This document shows, piece after piece, positions 14,638-17,750 of a stretch of DNA of 17,750 nucleotides; the stretch's first letter is position 1; the number at the start of each line of letters is the position of its first letter. The position numbers and the translations under genes are program-made. The notes under the pieces were generated by a model. That model was not told the DNA's origin. It did not search any database and worked only from the letters and a program-made list of their open reading frames with translations. Source of the stretch: a virus; UHGV virus genome UHGV-0162636; one strand, written 5' to 3'.

Positions 14638-15256
14638 CCAATTCCGCCGCGCCGCCGGTATCAGTGAGGTGCTGGCCACGCGCTGGTATCTGCATATCAC
14701 CGCGGCAATGAAAGAGTTTGGCATCGAACAACCGCTGCACCAGGCGATGTTTATCGCGCAGGTCGGGCATGAGTCTACCGGCTTTACCCGGCTGCAGGAA
14801 AACTTCAACTACAGCGTAGCAGGGCTGGCAGGTTTCGTCCGTACCGGGCGCCTAACTCAGGGTCAGGCTAACGCGCTGGGCCGTCGTGCTGGTGAACCAT
14901 CGTTACCGCTGGAGCGCCAGCGTGCGATCGCCAACCTGGTGTACAGCAAAAGAATGGGGAACAACGGTCCGACTGACGGCTGGTTTTACCTCGGGCGCGG
15001 GCTTATCCAGATCACCGGGCTGAACAACTATCGCGACTGCGGCAATGGCCTGAAGGTGGATCTGGTTAAGCAGCCTGAGCTGCTGGCGCAGGACGAATAC
15101 GCGGCCCGCAGCGCGGCGTGGTTCTTCGCAACCAAAGGCTGCATGAAGTACACCGGCGACCTGGTGCGCGTCACGCAGATCATCAATGGTGGGCAGAACG
15201 GCATCGACGACCGGCGTGCGCGGTATATCACTGCCAGTAAGGTGCTGGCGGTATGA
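14627..15256 (+). CDS. Endolysin, glycoside hydrolase family 19-like (chitinase-fold lysozyme)
   Basis: 209-aa ORF with AMFIAQVGHESTGF and YLGRGLIQITGLNNY, recalled as GH19 endolysin hallmarks. No N-terminal TM or SAR segment. GAGGT Shine-Dalgarno. Confidence 0.85.
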   Translation: MDINQFRRAAGISEVLATRWYLHITAAMKEFGIEQPLHQAMFIAQVGHESTGFTRLQENFNYSVAGLAGFVRTGRLTQGQANALGRRAGEPSLPLERQRAIANLVYSKRMGNNGPTDGWFYLGRGLIQITGLNNYRDCGNGLKVDLVKQPELLAQDEYAARSAAWFFATKGCMKYTGDLVRVTQIINGGQNGIDDRRARYITASKVLAV

Positions 15257-15735
15257 TCTGGGCATTCGTCAAAGCGTACTGGAAACAGTTGCTTATCGTG
15301 GCGATGCTTGCTGCTCTGGTAATCGGCGGCAGGGTTGCCTGGAATGTACACGGCAGCCACCAGTACGATGCCGGGTATGCGCAGGCAAAGGCAGATCAGA
15401 AACAGGCTGATGATAAAGCTCGTCAGCATGACGAACAGGAAAAAGCGACCAATGAACGTGAAGCGCAGCAGAGGATCGACCAGGCGCGCAATGATGCTCT
15501 TGATGCTGCCGCTCGCGCTGGCCGGTTGCAGCAACAGCTCGTTGCCATCCGTGAGCAGCTCAGGCAGTATAACGCCACTATCGGCACTGGGGCGTCAGCC
15601 GCAGACACCGGAGTTTTGCTTGCCGACGTGCTCAGCAAATCTCTCGAGCGAAACCGACAACTGGCAGAGTACGCTGACCGGGCCGCCGAAGCCGGACGAG
15701 TCTGTGAAAAGCAGTACGATTCGCTGACACGGTGA
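15253..15735 (+). CDS. Rz: i-spanin (Rz-like): N-terminal TM segment plus periplasmic coiled coil
   Basis: 160-aa ORF; LLIVAMLAALVIGG TM segment, then a Q/A/R/E-rich helical region. Start overlaps the endolysin stop (ATGA). Confidence 0.8.
   Translation: MIWAFVKAYWKQLLIVAMLAALVIGGRVAWNVHGSHQYDAGYAQAKADQKQADDKARQHDEQEKATNEREAQQRIDQARNDALDAAARAGRLQQQLVAIREQLRQYNATIGTGASAADTGVLLADVLSKSLERNRQLAEYADRAAEAGRVCEKQYDSLTR
15452..15727 (+). CDS. Rz1: o-spanin (Rz1-like lipoprotein) embedded in the +1 frame of the Rz gene
   Basis: Alternative-frame ORF with signal peptide and lipobox (MNVKRSRGSTRRAMMLLMLPLALAGC), followed by a Pro/Ser-rich mature region. Lies entirely within Rz. A start at ATG 15491 is also possible. 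Confidence 0.7.
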   Translation: MNVKRSRGSTRRAMMLLMLPLALAGCSNSSLPSVSSSGSITPLSALGRQPQTPEFCLPTCSANLSSETDNWQSTLTGPPKPDESVKSSTIR

Positions 15736-15887
15736 CATGGCATTTTTCATGGCACTGATTTCCGGTGACGGTATATAAAACGGTACGGTGAAAATCAGAT
15801 TGCATAAAATTGTTACCAGTCAATTGGTTATGTGTGTCGTAAATAATTGAGTGGGAATGATTTTAATCCCTGCACTATGAATGAACA

Positions 15888-15916
15888 AAACCCTCTGTTA
15901 CTATAGAGGGTTTTTT
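15888..15916. terminator. Rho-independent terminator between the convergent spanin and host-side genes
   Basis: AAACCCTCT-loop-AGAGGGTTT stem followed by TTTTTT on the plus strand; T-rich on the other side as well. Confidence 0.65.
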
Positions 15917-15954
15917 ATCTTCAAGAATCATAGGCTTGAAGTTACTAACATCGA

Positions 15955-16494
15955 TTAATTAAACCAGCTGTCCGATTTGTTCTCTTCTGCTTTGCCCACG
16001 CTTTTCATCAGATCGCGACCGCCTTCAGTCATATTTCTGTTGGCGTCAGCTTCAGATTGCACCACATCGGTTTGCGCAGCTTTGTGCTTCAGTTCCTGAT
16101 CGATAAATTCGTTTTCTCGCTTAACGCGGGCTTCTTCTTTTGCCAGCGCCAGTTTTTGTTTCTGAATCTCTAAGCTGCGTAGCTCATCTTCATAACTTTG
16201 ATCGCGTTTTTTGTCCGCAGAGGCTTCGGCGTCCAGTTTATCCTGACGAGCTTTCTTATTTGCTGCTGCCGTTGCCGCTCTTTTGTTAGCGGCGGCCTGG
16301 GCATTTGCGCGACGTTGCTTCTCTTGCTGGATTTCCCTGTTGCGCTCCGCGACCCATTCGTCATGCTGCCTTTGCTCTTCATTTTTACCTTGCTGTTCCG
16401 CTTCTGCTACAGCAGAGAGTTGATCCTGCAATGATGAGGCGATAGCCGGATAGCTTAAGGAGGCCAAGATGGCGCAAAGAAAAACTTTCTTCAT
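15955..16494 (-). CDS. Exported (periplasmic) charged coiled-coil protein of unknown function
   Basis: 179-aa ORF; signal peptide MKKVFLCAILASLSYPAIASS, then a highly charged K/E/Q/A-rich helical sequence. Lower-GC context suggests it lies outside the prophage. Confidence 0.65.
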   Translation of the reverse strand: MKKVFLCAILASLSYPAIASSLQDQLSAVAEAEQQGKNEEQRQHDEWVAERNREIQQEKQRRANAQAAANKRAATAAANKKARQDKLDAEASADKKRDQSYEDELRSLEIQKQKLALAKEEARVKRENEFIDQELKHKAAQTDVVQSEADANRNMTEGGRDLMKSVGKAEENKSDSWFN

Positions 16495-16509
16495 GACTCC
16501 TCCTGATTA

Positions 16510-17028
16510 TTAGCTCTTTTCAGGACATTTAGTATTTGGCTGAATACGCGTTTCGTTATACGTTGTGGTAATAACAACGGCTAAACCTGTCGTAAACTGG
16601 CACTCTTTACCCACCTGGGTAGAGGTATACACTTTGGTGCCTTCCTTATATGTTAAAGAAACACCTTCCACTAAGGTTTTATCATTCACCATAGAACCCG
16701 CTGCCGCGCCTACAGCTCCGCCGCCAACTGCCCCTGCCGTCGTTCCGGAATTGCTGCCAGAACCGACGTTGTGGCCGATAACACCGCCAGCAACTGCGCC
16801 AATAAGCGCGCCGAAGGCTTGTGCGTTCCGTTTATTTTGGGAGTTGTCTACGGCAACTTTTGCGGGAAGAATGGAAATAATATTAACGGTTTTAGTTTCT
16901 TGTTTGGTATTCAGTTGATCGGTTTGATAAACATCGGCGGCATGATCGTCAGCATTTGACTGGCATCCTGCCAGAGTGAATGACGCTAACATTGCCACAG
17001 GCAGAAGACATTTTTTAAATTTCATCAC
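16510..17028 (-). CDS. Glycine-zipper outer-membrane lipoprotein (SlyB/Pcp-like)
   Basis: 172-aa ORF; lipoprotein signal with lipobox LAGC; central GALIGAVAGGVIGHNVG...AGAVGGGAVGAAAG glycine-zipper repeats. Confidence 0.7.
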   Translation of the reverse strand: MMKFKKCLLPVAMLASFTLAGCQSNADDHAADVYQTDQLNTKQETKTVNIISILPAKVAVDNSQNKRNAQAFGALIGAVAGGVIGHNVGSGSNSGTTAGAVGGGAVGAAAGSMVNDKTLVEGVSLTYKEGTKVYTSTQVGKECQFTTGLAVVITTTYNETRIQPNTKCPEKS

Positions 17029-17338
17029 TATTCCTTGTTATACACATTACGAAAAATAAGACATTTAAGATCATCAAAAGAGGAAAGTAAATGTATTGCG
17101 TATAAAGGGATAGATTAAATTTATTAAAATTCACGCAGGGAATAATTTATAAAAATATATCATTACAACATATATATTAATTTTATATTTATTTCGCAGC
17201 CAAACAGGATAAACATCAGTCAGGACAAAGACGTAAAATTTAAGATGAAAGAATATCTGCCGCTTTGATAATTCCAAAGAGCAAAAGCATCCGACAGCGA
17301 AGTGCCGTTAGGTTCTGTGAAAGTGGAGAAGGTAACCG

Positions 17339-17512
17339 CTAACGTTGTACCGGTGATTCGACGGAGAGTGTGGATTGCTGAGCTTCTTTTTTGCTCTGAT
17401 GGTGCTGCCAGGCACCGACGGACGAGTAGATAAAACGGCCAAAGAAGAAGATAAAGCTGATGAGCAGTACGATACGGGTCATGCGACTGTTAAATCGGTG
17501 TCGTTTTCGCAT
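17339..17512 (-). CDS. Possible small inner-membrane protein (57 aa from ATG at 17512; the track start at 17530 is GTG)
   Basis: Basic N-terminus MRKRHRFNSRMTR followed by one hydrophobic segment IVLLISFIFFFGRFIYSSVGAW. Weak Shine-Dalgarno; overlaps a plus-strand ORF of similar length. Confidence 0.3.
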   Translation of the reverse strand: MRKRHRFNSRMTRIVLLISFIFFFGRFIYSSVGAWQHHQSKKEAQQSTLSVESPVQR

Positions 17513-17750
17513 ACTGGTTGCCTGACTCACAAAAGGTTCCTTGAAGTATGTCCCACGCTGTGGACGGTACTTACATTAAGGCACAACAGGACAAAATGGT
17601 CAATTCTTCGTTATGTAAAAAAGCGTCAGTGGATACATATTTTAATGTTATGGAAGTTAATTTAATTATTTACAATGATGATGTAATAATGATGAATTAA
17701 CATGATAAACGTAATAATTCATTAATCAGGGTTATTTTGTTTGATATATA

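Noticed and set aside
15028-15534. 168-aa minus-strand ORF spanning the endolysin/spanin junction
   Set aside because: Opposite strand of two well-supported lysis genes; composition typical of a shadow frame.
16565-16918. 117-aa plus-strand ORF inside the glycine-zipper lipoprotein gene
   Set aside because: Reverse-frame artefact of the Gly/Ala-rich repeat region (it reads as Pro/Ala-rich); the minus-strand lipoprotein with signal peptide and lipobox is the coherent gene.
1-17750. CRISPR arrays, insertion sequences or transposase genes
   Set aside because: No regularly spaced direct repeats with unique spacers and no transposase-like ORF or terminal inverted repeats were seen. The only short repeats are the operator palindromes and the paired dyad repeats in the O-like gene.

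Overview
This window looks like a defective, mosaic lambdoid prophage from an enterobacterial genome (about 50..15950), followed by about 1.8 kb of lower-GC probable host DNA. All calls are from reading the sequence and the ORF track; no searches were run. Left to right: a P4-type tyrosine integrase (+), then a minus-strand early-left operon (small ORFs, PD-(D/E)XK exonuclease, RecT/Bet-like annealing protein, AlpA/Xis-like protein, PerC-like ORF, MT-A70-like adenine methyltransferase). Next comes an immunity region with a tandem-HTH repressor that has no LexA-like peptidase domain, divergent from a Cro-like gene. Then a replication module (small zinc-ribbon ORF, O-like initiator, clear lambda P homolog), a chimeric ORF with a RuvC-like N-terminus, and a LexA-box-controlled small gene. 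A mosaic tailspike follows (conserved N-terminal anchor, AT-rich beta-helix depolymerase-like centre, C-terminal intramolecular chaperone domain), then an AT-rich cargo islet encoding a signal-peptide protein and a small membrane protein, and a complete lysis cassette (holin, second membrane protein, GH19 endolysin, embedded Rz/Rz1 spanins). No terminase, portal, capsid, tail-tube, N or Q genes are present, so the element cannot make virions. The most notable signals are: (1) a 15-bp palindrome TTACCTnnnAGGTAA in four perfect copies plus variants at promoter regions up to about 4 kb from the repressor gene; (2) a near-consensus SOS box in front of a small gene, suggesting a Tum/Gifsy-style antirepressor circuit; (3) the AT-rich secreted-protein cargo islet of unknown function; (4) paired dyad-symmetric repeats inside the O-like gene that may be origin iterons.
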